Positions 1 to 12,341 are shown, counted from the first letter of the whole stretch. The stretch: DNA of 63,985 bases, filler included, from Reticulomyxa filosa (GCA_000512085.1; 13 parts of 13 records of this genome joined end to end with filler, not necessarily neighbours in it), one strand, 5' to 3'. The notes: a model not told the origin generated them from the letters alone. Translations and numbers: made by a program.

Positions 1-543
1 TCAAGTTCATATGGTAAAATGATAAGATTATGGGATGTACAATCTGGGAAAGAGATTAAAAAATTCGAGGGACATGTAGATGGTGTAAATAGTGTGCAGT
101 TTTCATTCGATGGTCAAATGATTGTGTCATCATCGTACGATACAACAATTGCATTATGGAATGTGAAAGCAGGTGAAAGATTAAAAGAACTGAAAGGACA
201 TTCAGGCACAGTAATGTATGCAACATTTTCCCCAGATGATAAATGTGTTTTATCTGCTTCAAACGATACAACGATTCGAATATGGGATGTAGAATCAGGA
301 AAAGAATTGAAGAAATTGGAAGGACATAAAAAAATAATAAATAATGTAAAATATTCTTCAAATGGTCAAACAATAATTTCTTGTTCAAATGACAAAACTA
401 TTCGTTTATGGGATGTGAAAACAGGATATGAAATACAAAACTTAGAAGTATATTTGGATCAGATAGCAAGAATAGATATTTCTCCAGATGATGATAAAAT
501 TGTTTCTTGTTCTAATGATGGAACAATAAAAATATGGGGATGA
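1..543 (+). CDS. WD40-repeat protein, C-terminal part (probably 5'-partial)
   Basis: Four to five GH...WD repeats (FEGHVDGVNSVQFS...IALWN; LKGHSGTVMYATFS...IRIWD; LEGHKKII...IRLWD), ending IKIWG*. The frame is open from the window edge. Confidence 0.9.
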   Translation, partial: SSSYGKMIRLWDVQSGKEIKKFEGHVDGVNSVQFSFDGQMIVSSSYDTTIALWNVKAGERLKELKGHSGTVMYATFSPDDKCVLSASNDTTIRIWDVESGKELKKLEGHKKIINNVKYSSNGQTIISCSNDKTIRLWDVKTGYEIQNLEVYLDQIARIDISPDDDKIVSCSNDGTIKIWG

Positions 544-1088
544 CGTAATAACAAATTTCACTATCACAAGTATAATCATTGTTTCTTTTGAACATGACTT
601 TTTCAAAAAATTAAATTAATTTAAGACTAACCACTTTTTTTTTAAATATGTTTTCATAGATTTTGCATTCAATTAATTTGTATGAAATTTGTAATCAAGC
701 ACAAATAGAATTCATAGAATTAAAAAAGCAATTTATATTATGCTTACATTTTTTTTTCAAATCACTATGTTCTTTTCTCAAGCCATTCTTAGAGAAAGTT
801 GGAGAAAATATTTTGTTGAAAGGAAATATAGCTTATATGGCTATTTTTTATTTATATAGAAATATATGCATAAGAATTAAATTTTTGATTATTTTGAAAG
901 TTTGACAAAATGAAAAAATGTTAATCTCAGATTTGGCTAATGTTTTCTTCATGAATTGTGGAATAAAGTATTACTCTCTTGGAATTCCCAAGCTATATTC
1001 AATCTTAACAACCAAGATAAAAAGCGATCAAAATAAATTGAAAAAAGGTATTTCCACTACTTATATAAACGAAAATGTATCATTTGAG

Positions 1089-3339
1089 TTATTTTCGAAA
1101 ACGTAGATTATCTTTACATATGATAGGACCTCTCATTGAACCATAACATAACTTAAAATTACAATCACTATTTTTTATATTTTCATTATTCACTCCTTTC
1201 TTTTTCAAATCCAAAAATTTAAGACATAATATTCCGTAGTCTTCTCCTTTGATTATATGCAATTCTTTCTTATTTGATCGAACATCCCAAAAACGAATTG
1301 TATTATCATCTGATCCAGAACATATTACATTTGAACCACCTTCAACTTCGCCATGATTTACTACAAATGGTAAATATTGGACAGCGTAAACAACATCTGA
1401 ATGCCCTTTGAATTGAATTTGCTCACTAGATCGAATATCCCATAAACAAACAATTTTATCTCTTGACCCAGATAATATTATATTTGAGCTTGCACTAATT
1501 TTTGATTCATTTGATCCATATTTTACACTAAGCACATAATCTTTATGCCCTTTCAAAACACTCAATTCTTTTAGAGTTTCAACATCCCACGTACGAATGG
1601 TTGTATCATATGACCCAGAACAAATGCTATATCCATTACCACCAATCACACCAATACTATTACCTTTAATATTATCATTATTATTGCTTTGCAATGGTGA
1701 AATATCCACACACCAAACGCAACCTTCATGTCCATTGAAAATATGTAATGATTTGGACGTTTCAACATCCCATAAACGAATAGTACAATCGCTAGATCCT
1801 GAGCACAAATACCGACCACTATTAAATGATGAGAATTCAATGCCATACACACAATTAGTATGTCCATTAAATATTTGAAATGATTTATCAGATTTAATAT
1901 CCCAAAATCGAATAGATTTGTCTAGCGATGAAGAACAAACGACATGACGACGATGGTTATGGTTATGATATGGTGAAAATTTTACACAGTATATATCACT
2001 CGAATGTTCATTTAATAATCGAATTTGTTTTGTAGTTTCTACATTCCATACACGAACTGTTTTATCAGCCGATCCAGAACAAATGTATTGACCACTATCA
2101 AATGTTGAATAATCAATACTCCATACAGCACTGGTATGTCCTTCAAAGGTCATTTGTAGTTTGGATGATGTACACAAAAAATCGAAATTGAAATGTAAAG
2201 ATTGCTTGGTGTTGAATGCGTCGTAATTTTGATTGCTTTGTTTGATTTCTTTTTTTTCTTGTATTTGCTTTTCTTTCTCCAAAATTATTTTATTTTGGGA
2301 TTGTATTTCCTCTTTCATCAACTCGATATCTTTTTTTAATTTTTCGATGTCATTGGATGTAGTTTGCTATCAGAATGGTATTGACATTGTTCATGGATAT
2401 CACTTTTTTTTTTGGTTTAACTGAAAAGAGTGAACAAATCAAAGTAACTATGTATTATATATACCTTAATGTTTAATAATTGATCATCTTTTTCACGAAT
2501 TAATTCATTTTTTTCTTGCAAAAGTGTTTCTATGTTTATTCTTAACATTTTTATTTCATTCACTTGTTCCGTGTTTTTCATACGAAGTTCTTCTATTTCT
2601 TTCTGAATGTGTCAATTTTTTTTATAATACATGTATATATAATAATATTGTAAGATATTTCAAAAAACATAACTACAATTTGCTCATTTTCCTTCCATTG
2701 ATGTTGCTCGGGTTTCTTTTGTATTGCTTTGAATAATAAATCCAAATGCTCTTTCATCTGCTCTTGCATGTGTTGTTCAAAATTATAATTAAATAACACA
2801 TCATTACAACCAAATCCTTTAAATTTACATTCCACGGGTTGTAATGAACATGAATTCCCTTCTAAATGCTCTTTTACATCTTTTATTTTTCCTTTAAATT
2901 TACAACAATACTGTGTCTCTTTGTTTACTATTCCTTCTTTTGTTTGGTCTTGTTGACATACATTTAATTGACTCATGAATTGTCGGGGACAGATCACCAT
3001 CAAATCATCAATGCAATTTCGTGCTGTTTTTCCTTTCACATAATTACAACCGTCATGACTTTTAGTAGGGCATTGGTTATTATGATCTTTTAAATGTTTT
3101 AGCAAACATTGCTCTCCAACAACTAATCCCTCTTTCATATCTTCGTGTTCATCACAAATCAATTCCATTGCATTGTTTGCGATTTCTTTGCATAACAAAC
3201 AGTAGAAGTTTTTCAACTTTTTTCGCTTGTTCAAAAACAACACCCATTCTTCGTTATAACATTCGTCAAGTGACCATTTTTTTGTCTTCTTTCTTTTCTC
3301 TTGTTTATCTTCTCCTTTTTCCAAGGGTAATAGTAACAT
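1089..3339 (-). CDS. Degenerate RING/TRAF-type zinc finger + coiled coil + WD40 propeller protein, multi-exon, with frameshifts (possible pseudogene)
   Basis: 2593-3339 encodes CLLCKEIANNAMELICDEH...CLLKHL...CP and CKFKGKIKDVKEHLEGNSCSLQPVECKFKGFGCND (TRAF-Zn-like). 1089-2321 encodes about 6-7 WD repeats. The linking coiled-coil exons (~2330-2650) need frame changes, and the last WD repeat lacks the usual IxVWG* end. Confidence 0.75.
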
Positions 3340-3639
3340 TAACTTACTCTTTTTTTTTGTCTTCCCTTTTTTTTTGGTCGCAAACAGTAGACAATCAAAT
3401 TAACGCAATATCCAAATGATCTTACAAAAAACACAAATCTGGACCCACTCCAATTTTATTAATTTTTTTTTAATCATTTCACGTCGTGAATAAAATTTCT
3501 AAAGAACTTGGAGTCACAGCAATATTTACAATGATATACAAATCCTTACTTTTTTTTAAACGATACTTACAACAAAAAGTCACCACAAATGTAAGCACAT
3601 TTTTTATTTAATTTCAAAAATTAGAATTAAACAAAAATA

Positions 3640-4230
3640 TAGTTTCATTATCATCGCTTTTATCACGCACTCGAATAGTATTATCCCATGATCCAGAACA
3701 AACAGCATATCCATTACTATAAATCACATCAATATTACTTCTATCGTTATTGTTGTTACTTTGTAATAGTGAAATATAAACATATAAAACACCAAATTCA
3801 TGTTCATGAAATATATATAATGGTTTAGATGTCTCAATATCCCATAAGGAATTGTACCATCATTTGATGCAGAGCATAAATATCCACCACCATTAAATGA
3901 TAATTTTTGTGTTCATTAAATATTTGTAATTGTTGGTTATCATTGACATCACAAAAACGAATTGTTTTATCTTTAGATGAAGAACAAATAAAATTATGAC
4001 GATAATTATGGTTATGATATTGTGAAAATTTTACACAAGATACTTAATTTGAATGCCATTAAACGATTTAATTTCTTTGTTTTTCTATATCCCATACGAA
4101 CTGAATTATCAGATGGCCCAGAACAAATCAATTCATAATTATCAAATATTGAATAATCAATACTTCTAAGGATATCCATTAAGTATTTTGAGTATTTTAA
4201 TGATGAATAAAACGTATCTAACATGAAGAT
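3640..4230 (-). pseudogene. Decayed WD40 paralog of the 1089-2321 gene
   Basis: Remnants such as SIDYSIFDNYELICSGPSDNSVR, ICSSSKDKTIRF, GGGYLCSASNDGTI and GYAVCSGSWDNTIR are collinear with the neighbouring WD40 gene but broken by stops and frameshifts. Confidence 0.8.
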
Positions 4231-4907
4231 TGTCAAAGCAGTGTATTAAATGATGAAGATATTCAGCATATTATAATTGGTTAATGATATTTTTTGGAAT
4301 GAATATATTGATAAATTTGTAAAATGAATAATTTAAATTATACAATACAACAATATGAAAAAACATTTAAAAAAATATTAGCATTTGAAATGTTTATTCA
4401 AGGAAATTAAATAGCAGCAGAAAATGAAAATATTTATAATAATGAAAAAATAAACATCTGTTATTAAAACAAGTGATATTTGAAAACAATATTTTAATGG
4501 TGAATATTTCCAACTTTTTTTTGGTCTTTACATGTGAAAATACATTTCATTTCAAATTTTCCCATTCATAATATTTATTCAATGATTTTTTAATGTAAAA
4601 GCATAAATATTCTATCATCTTCAATGACAAACAAAAATTTGCAATTTCTTTTATAAAATAAATTGTAAAGACACAAATAAATCGATCACGACAAAAAAGC
4701 AAAGAAATACTAAAGAAAAAAACTGAGATTGTCAGTCGAAACTGCATTTGTTGAAATTTTAAATTTTAAATGGAGGCAAACAGATTAATCATATTTGGAT
4801 ATTCATTCTTGACATACTTAATTTATCCAACAACAAAATTACAATATATTGCAAAAAAAAATTCAATTTCATTTCTTTTCTGTATCCAAAACTTATTTCA
4901 AATACGC

Positions 4908-6518
4908 TTACAAATTTTCCAATTTTAATTTGACTGCTTTTGTTTTTTGATGATTTTTACCCAATTTTTGAGTATAAATCGATAATGCATTTTCATAACA
5001 TTTCCTTGCCCTCTTTTTGTTTCCTTTTTTACAATTGATATATCCTAAAATACTATGTGAATCACCAACATCTGGATGGCCAGAATCCAATTTATTCAAT
5101 TTCAATCTCAATAATTTCGTTCCAAATTCCATTGCCTTGTCATATCCTTGTTTATTACAATAGATATATGCCAAATTATTGTATGAAGTAGCAACATCAG
5201 GATGATCATGTCCCAATTTATCCAATACAATTTTCAATGATTTTTCATGATATTCAATGGCTTTGTCATATTCTCCTTTGTCATCATAAACAACTCCCAA
5301 ATTGCTGTATGAAGTGGCAACATCAGGATGATCATATCCCAATTTATTCAATTGAATTTTCAAATTTTTTTCATAATATTCAATTGCTATATCGTATTTT
5401 CCTTTCTTCCAATAAATACTTCCCAAATTGTTATATGAAGTAGCAACATCAGGATGATCATCTCCCAATTTATCCGATCTAATGCCCAATGATTTTTCAT
5501 GATATTCAATGGCTTTGTCATATTCTCCTTTGTCATCATAAATAATTCCCAAATTGTTGTATGAAGTAGCAACATCAGGGTGATCATATCCCAATTTATC
5601 CAATCTAATTTTCAAACCTTTTTCATAATATTCAATTGCCTTGTCATATTTACCTTTGTTTTCATAAACATTTCCCAAATTGTTATATGAAGTAGCAACA
5701 TCAGGATGTTCAGGTCCCAGTTTATCCAAACTAATTTTCAAATCTTTTTTATAATATTTAATTGCTTTATCGTATTCTCCTTTGCTTTTATAAACATTTC
5801 CCAAATTGTTGTATGAATTAGCAACATGAGAATGATCATCTCCCAGTTTATCCAAGCTAATTTTCAATGATTTTTTATAATATCCAATTGCTTCTTCATA
5901 TTTTCCTTTATTATAATAAGCAGCCCCTAAATTGTGGTATGAAGTAGCAACGTTAGGATGATCATGTCCCAATTTATCAAATCTAATTTTCAATGATTTT
6001 TTATGGTATTCAATGGCTTTGTCATATTCTCCTTTGCTATCATAAACAAGTCCCAAATTGTTGTATGAAGTAGCAATATCAGGATGATCGTGTCCCAATT
6101 TATCCAATACAATTTTCAAATCTTTTTCATAATATCCAATTGCTTTGTTATATTCTCCTTTGTCATTATATGCTCTGCCTAGCCAGGCATAAGAATAAGC
6201 AACATCGATATGAGAATAATGTATTTGCAGTCTAACACAAAGTGCGAAACGAAATAACTGAATTGCTTTATTTAATTTTGAGATATTTAATGAATTTTTT
6301 CCCAACTCCATTAAATTTTTTGTATCAATAGGCCAAGAGCAAGTGAAAACATGAGAAGGGAAATGGTAACGAATAGCAGATTTTTTTGTGTGAATAAGTT
6401 GTTGAGTAATATGACAATTTCCAATTCCATCAATAATACAATCAATGACATAAACACATCCATTAATTGTAATATTATCAAATGTTATTTTTTTTGAATG
6501 GAATGAACAAATAGAATA
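4908..6518 (-). CDS. TPR protein with about 10 tandem 42-aa (126-bp) kinesin-light-chain-type repeats, 5'-partial
   Basis: Repeating unit HPDVATSYNNLGxxYxxKGEYDKAIEYxxKxLKIxLDKLGxD. The frame stays open for 69 codons upstream of the Met at 6311, to the contig end at 6518. Confidence 0.92.
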   Translation of the reverse strand, partial: YSICSFHSKKITFDNITINGCVYVIDCIIDGIGNCHITQQLIHTKKSAIRYHFPSHVFTCSWPIDTKNLMELGKNSLNISKLNKAIQLFRFALCVRLQIHYSHIDVAYSYAWLGRAYNDKGEYNKAIGYYEKDLKIVLDKLGHDHPDIATSYNNLGLVYDSKGEYDKAIEYHKKSLKIRFDKLGHDHPNVATSYHNLGAAYYNKGKYEEAIGYYKKSLKISLDKLGDDHSHVANSYNNLGNVYKSKGEYDKAIKYYKKDLKISLDKLGPEHPDVATSYNNLGNVYENKGKYDKAIEYYEKGLKIRLDKLGYDHPDVATSYNNLGIIYDDKGEYDKAIEYHEKSLGIRSDKLGDDHPDVATSYNNLGSIYWKKGKYDIAIEYYEKNLKIQLNKLGYDHPDVATSYSNLGVVYDDKGEYDKAIEYHEKSLKIVLDKLGHDHPDVATSYNNLAYIYCNKQGYDKAMEFGTKLLRLKLNKLDSGHPDVGDSHSILGYINCKKGNKKRARKCYENALSIYTQKLGKNHQKTKAVKLKLENL

Positions 6519-6618
6519 NNNNNNNNNNNNNNNNNNNNNNNNNNNNNNNNNNNNNNNNNNNNTTAATTAATTAANNNNNNNNNNNNNNNNNNNNNNNNNN
6601 NNNNNNNNNNNNNNNNNN
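6519..6618. other. Artificial contig spacer N44-TTAATTAATTAA-N44 (first of 12)
   Basis: Identical 100-nt spacers at 6519, 12169, 14065, 16951, 26325, 28659, 44774, 47781, 51345, 53391, 59414 and 62806. The palindromic core puts TAA stops in all six frames. Confidence 0.97.
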
Positions 6619-6670
6619 ATTTTTAAAAAAAAAAAATACAAAAAAAAAAAAAAAAACATGAAAACAAAAG

Positions 6671-9259
6671 GTATACTCGAAAAATCTTGATTGGAACGGA
6701 AATATACAAGAGTGTCTTGACAAAATGCCAGGCAAACCACAGTTGGATCAATACTTAAAAAGTGAGTTGGAGAGTTATAACAAATGGACAAAGGAAAAAT
6801 GTGCGACGGACTCGACAACGTCTGCAAAGGATAAGAACGCAACCAATATTCAATTTGAAATCACTGGCGATGTTCTTGGTTGCTTGATTTCAATCTTTTT
6901 AAAATTTTGTTGTCATTCACATTCATCCACTTTGATCCCCTCTATTAAGGTTTCATTTTATTTGTTTGTTTGCTTGCTTGCTAGCTTGATTGCTTGTTTT
7001 GTGATTTCAATTGTAATATTGTCTTCAAAATAATGGATAATAATAGTAATAATAAAAAATGATGACTGTTATGTAATAGCAACAGCAACAAATATTGCAT
7101 GACTTTGATAATTGCTATGTGAATGATCGCATGTATCACTACTTATTAGAACTGTTTGAGGTATCAAAAGTGTCATTTTTAAAAGATTGGAAACAACTGC
7201 TGATGCAACAACAACACAACAATGCCCAAGTCAACATCGATAGCACGATCAATGGAAAAGAATACAGCGATTGCTATATGACGTTAACAGAATGGCTGTC
7301 ATTGTGGATCTGCGAAATGAATGCCAATTCAAAAGAATGCATGCGTGTGTTGTTTGCAATGGGCGTAGCCCCGACCATCGACTCTGCAATCGAACCACGT
7401 TGGTTCCATTTTTTCACGCCGCAACTGCGTATGCCTTTGAACAAACAACAGCGTCTGTTTCATTTGCTCGTCGTCACTAATGCCTCTCAACGCGACCTTA
7501 TCCTTCATCAATTTTTATTTGACTCTTTCATTCGATTCATTGCCGGCGATTTTAATCCGAGTCCTTTTTTCGATAAATTCTCTCGTTGGAGATCTTTTTT
7601 TTGTCAATCGCAATCCCAATCCCAATCCCAATCCCAATCTCAGTCAACTAATCTTCAGTTTTATTTTCATTTGTTCATATCATTATATATACATAGAATA
7701 TATATACATAAATATATATATACACATATATGTATATCTTCGACAATATTCAATCATTCGATTTGTATAAAACTCTTCCCACGCTGTGTAGCTCACGGAT
7801 TTCCTCGGACCTTTCACCGATTTTGGAACATCAAAATGAAATGGAGTTTGAGATGGACTCAGACACAATGGAACATGTAGAGTTAATGCATAACGTCCAA
7901 GACGATGCCAACGATAATGACAACGAATTATGTATCGAGCACACACAAACTTGGTTAACTCAAAGGCTTTTTTTAAAGCCCATTGATAAGCAAAGCGACC
8001 ACGACAGTCTATCCAATTCAGACCAGTCTGTTGCCTATCCTTCCAAAAAAGAGTATATTCGTTTGCCAATAATGACGAACAACTGCAATGTAATCGATCC
8101 ATTCACGTTCAAAGTGAAAAACTGTCCGGCCAATCTCTGGTTCTTATTTCATCAGCAAAATGACGTTAGTTTTCGACAGCAATTGCAACAAGTTAAGTTT
8201 TTTGCTTTTTCTATAGACATACGACAAATACAAATTATTGTCATTATTATTATTATTATTGTGTGTATTTGTATATTATTGTATTTGCACGTATAAAGGA
8301 ATTCGAAAAATATGACGCAGTGCTTTACTTGCATGTAAATGGCAGCAGTGTCAATGAACAAGGGCACAAAACAGAAAAAGAGTGGCCAATAGACGGAGCT
8401 CCTCCGACTTCAAGTTGGAGCCACAATAAAGACGAGTTTGGAATTGACCGAGATTGTGAGGAAAATGCCAAAGTATTGTTTCAGCTATGTCAAAATGCTC
8501 AAATCCCTTTGATCCCCATATTTGTATCCAAAGACATACTGCCATCGATTACACTGATGCCCACCACAACCACATCGACGACGAGCTCGTGGAGACAAGT
8601 CGTCGAAGAAAAGGAAGAAAAAGACAAGCACAAACTGAAACACATTTGCAAACAATATGACATGTGTGGTGATATTCTGCATTGGAATGGACGCAAAGAA
8701 CAGTATCCACAGTTTATGACAGATTTGATGAAATACTTGGAAAACCGGAGTCATTATATTCCATTGTCGACCCTGCAAATTTGGAAAAAATACACACGCA
8801 AACTCGTTGTGCCTATCTCCACTCTCACGGTCATGGGTTATGTGTCCTGGCGACTGATTCGTAAATTTGGCAATAGCGCTCCAACATACAAACCTCCAAA
8901 ACAGGAAGACTTACATCGTCCCGCCACAAACATCAATCCTATTATTTGGCCATTTCTATTTGGCATTAGTGCTGCCACTATTTCGATCTTGTATCACCGG
9001 TATGGATTTGCTTATTTCATTTGTTTATTTGGTTTTGTTTTTCCCTCTCGCTTCTATCCCTGTTCGCTTGTTTGTTTTGCAATTGATACAAAGGTTTATT
9101 CGGAGAAAGAATACAACTGAAAAGTTGTCTTTTTGGAATTATTGGCAATTGGCTGGAAAAAACGATCATGAAACAATGAAACAAAAAAGCAATGTCAAAG
9201 ACAAACAAATGGATAATGGAGAGGAGTCATCAACTCAAAAAATGAAAACACAAATTTAA
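6671..9259 (+). CDS. Divergent Miro/Gem1-like (mitochondrial Rho GTPase) C-terminal half, multi-exon, 5'-partial
   Basis: CYMTLTEWLSLWICEMNANSKECMRVLFAMGV resembles the Miro EF-hand-associated motif. It is followed by a degenerate second GTPase domain (QRLFHLLVV..., YDAVLYLHV, QIPLIPIFVSKDIL) and a hydrophobic tail flanked by basic residues (LVVPISTLTVMGYVSWRLIRK). Several GT-AG introns. Confidence 0.45.
7611..7642 (+). repeat. (CAATCC)n hexamer microsatellite
   Basis: About 5 tandem copies, reading SQSQSQ in the ORF frame. Confidence 0.85.
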
Positions 9260-9776
9260 ATCTTGTTCCTTTTATCCTCCTCAGAAGATATCGTTATGAA
9301 TCAATGTGTTCGAAAAGTCTGGATCCAATGGGCCAGAATGTTGCCACTATCGAGAATGAGCTTAGTGCAAAGGATTGGCAATTCTGGAAAAAAAATTTGA
9401 CACAAAATAAAGTGAACTGCTCAATAATGTGCTTCCATTTTCAGTATCTGTCTTTCATTCTATTCGATAACTTTAGTTTATTATTCTTTAAAAAATTGCT
9501 TACAGAGCATATTGTTTTATGAATACAAATCGCTTTTCGAATTGCTCTACTTTTTTTGTCAAAACTTGCGACTGTTTCCTTTTTTAGAGTGTCGAATTTT
9601 TGGCCAAAAAAGGACCTGATAAGAACCGTTCAGCAAATTGCATAACTTGCGCAATTTTGATATTTCGGAAGTATTTTTTTCTTTTGTGCAACAACAATTT
9701 TTGATTTTAAAAAAGCAATAAACTCCTCAAATGATGGAGGTTTTGGAAAAAAATTTTAAAAAAAAGTAAAAAAAAA

Positions 9777-10455
9777 TTAAGAATTAGGATTTAATTGAAT
9801 TTTGTAAATGATGTAATCGTCCTTGTTTTTATCATAAAAAAACTTTTCCAACAATTGATAAATATCTTGAGCATAAAAATGTGAGGTAGTCAACCCATAT
9901 TCATCAGTACCTTTCTTAGAATTTGATTGACTTGATATGCTGATAATGTTATCACTAGCAGTAGTTTCGTGTTCGTCCTTGTCTTCATTATTTTTGTTTT
10001 GGGTTGTGTTGTTATTTTTGGTTTTGCCAATTGATGACATTTGCTCTGAGCTTTTGCTAGTTCTTGGAGTTAAGCCGTTTTCTTTCATTTTCCACGTCAC
10101 ACTGTAGCACTTCTCTTCATCACGCACACGATCTTTCACATATTGCAATATATCTGTCAAAGCTTCAAATCTAGTTTTGCATTCTATTTCGTGGACTAAA
10201 AACGTGCTTCGATGCTTTGGATTGAATGTTACCAGTTTTACTCGCACTTTATGCCCTTGATAAGAATACCGAAAATGAGCACTGCAACCATTGTCTTTTC
10301 GTATCAATTCAGTTATTTGATTTTCCATTGCCAGTATGTCATCGTCGTTTGCTTTTTGTTTTATGTTTGTTGGTTCTCTATTTTGGGAGATCCTTTGTTT
10401 TTTTTATTCTAATAGAGATACCATCGTCACCAAGAATTGGACCTGGGGTACTCAT
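9777..10455 (-). CDS. Two-exon hypothetical protein (~202 aa)
   Basis: Exon 1 (10455-10422, MSTPGPILGDD) and a 70-nt GT-AG intron (10421-10352) splice in frame into the 9777-10328 ORF. Compact non-repetitive domain ending YIIYKIQLNPNS*. Confidence 0.75.
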
Positions 10456-11099
10456 AATGATCTGGCTTCGAAAAAAATTAATAGGATAAAATTAAGGATC
10501 CTTTTTCGGTTGTTTTTGTCTAAAAGAACAGTCAAAAATGGGTTTTCTCTTTTTGTTATAAAGTACAGCTTTTATATTCACTCAACGCATACCAATTTCT
10601 ATTGTGACTGTCGCTTATCGCTTAGATTAATAGATATTATTTCCAGTTAATTCAATACAACAAAATTGAGTGTACATTTGCTCTTTTCTATGTTTCTTCC
10701 AAACACGATTTGGAAATGCATTTTTTTGCGTAGTGTTTTTTGATTAAAAAATAATTGGATTGAAATATTTATTCCGCTTTTGTAATTGTTGATTGTTCGT
10801 GTTTAGATTGGGTAGTATCTTACAATTGAAGAGAAGTGGCTTTTTTCATTTAATCATCTTCATATAACCAAATAATTCACCTTCATTTCGTGTGAGATAA
10901 CAAAAAAAAAAAGGAATGTAATTTTTAGATATCAGTACGTGGAGAAAAAACAATAGTTCGTGAATAGGAATTAAGAAAAAAATATTGTACAAAAAACGTT
11001 GACAATGATACACGCAAATGGTTTTACTTTTCGTTACAACCAATAAATGCAAGGCAAGCAAAAAAGTACGAGAAAGACAACAGTCAAATGTTGTTTGGA

Positions 11100-12110
11100 T
11101 TACTCCATTTCACTTCGAGTCATCGAGTGGCTCACGCTTTCATCTCTGGATATCTCTGTGACAAACAAATCAACATGACTTGCTTTTTCCATAAATTTTA
11201 GCAGCAGTGCTTTGCAGTCGTCGTCAGTGGTAAAATCAACAGGTTTCTTGTTATCTTGAGTAATGTCGTTAGGATCGGCTTGATGGTTCAACAGAAATTC
11301 TAAAACGCCATAGTCATTTTTTAAGGCAGCAATATGAATTGGAGCCAGTCCATCTAACCCGCTCATGTCCACCCTAGCGCCATTCTCGACCAAAAACTGA
11401 ACAAGAGGCAAGCTTCCGCGATCTACGGCTTTATGCAACGGGGTATACCCATGATGGTCTCTGATATTAATGTTCCTTTTTTTTTTTTTTTATGGGACGC
11501 CTTAATATTAAATCTTAATATTTCATTTACTCAAAAAAAAAAAAAAAATTACATGTAACCTGCGGTCTATTTTTGACCAACAATCGAATGACCTCAATTG
11601 ACCCGTGCCAAATGGCAAAGTGCAGTTCAGTACTTCTCGGCTCCATTTCTATGGAATGGCGTTTTTTTCGACTTGACTTTCTGGGAAACAAGGGAGGTTT
11701 TTTGTAATGCGGGATCCCCTTTTGGGGGCGTCGAAAAGAAAGGATTGGGATGGTGTTCTTGTGGCTTATGTACTTGTAAGTTGTCGTCCATTATTTGCAC
11801 CTTTCATAGTCTTAGTTGCATTTTCGTTCTTCAATTGTTTTACATGGTTGCCTTGTCCAGCCTCTTCCTTTTCTTCTCGAACAATCTTCAAAACTTCGTC
11901 CATTTCTTTCTTTTCACTGTCAAAATCCAACAGTTTTTGCACCAACTCGACTTGGTTCAATAACACACTTTGCATCAATGCATTGTATCCTCTTTTTGTT
12001 TGCAACGATGGGTCTGCTCCATTTGCCAATAAAAAGTTAACAATTTCTGCATTTTTCGATGTTTTGAACGTAGCTATCGCCACGTGTAAAGGCGTATCTT
12101 TATTCTTTTT
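11100..12110 (-). CDS. Ankyrin-repeat protein, multi-exon, 5'-partial, one apparent frameshift near 11790
   Basis: DTPLHVAI...LLANGADP, GYNALMQSV, STELHFAIWHG, GYTPLHKAVDRG...LVENGA, GLAPIHIAA...LLNHQADPN. Confidence 0.88.
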
Positions 12111-12341
12111 TTTTTTTTTTTTTTGCATATTTTTGATTAAAAAAAAAAGACTTAAAAAAAAAAAAAAANNNNNNNNNNNNNNNNNNNNNNNNNNNNNNNN
12201 NNNNNNNNNNNNTTAATTAATTAANNNNNNNNNNNNNNNNNNNNNNNNNNNNNNNNNNNNNNNNNNNNTCCCCCTTTTTTTTTTCTCTCTCCCCTCCCCT
12301 CCTCGAAAAATGAAATAAAAAAAAATAAAAAAAAAAAGAGT

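Noticed and set aside
4908-6311. 126-bp periodic DNA as a CRISPR array or satellite
   Set aside because: The period equals 42 codons in one continuous ORF. It is a TPR coding repeat with no repeat-spacer alternation.
7611-7642. (CAATCC)n as an interstitial telomere repeat
   Set aside because: Only about 5 copies, inside a gene, and one of many different hexamer microsatellites in the window (e.g. AAACTC at 28759, GTATTT at ~47750).
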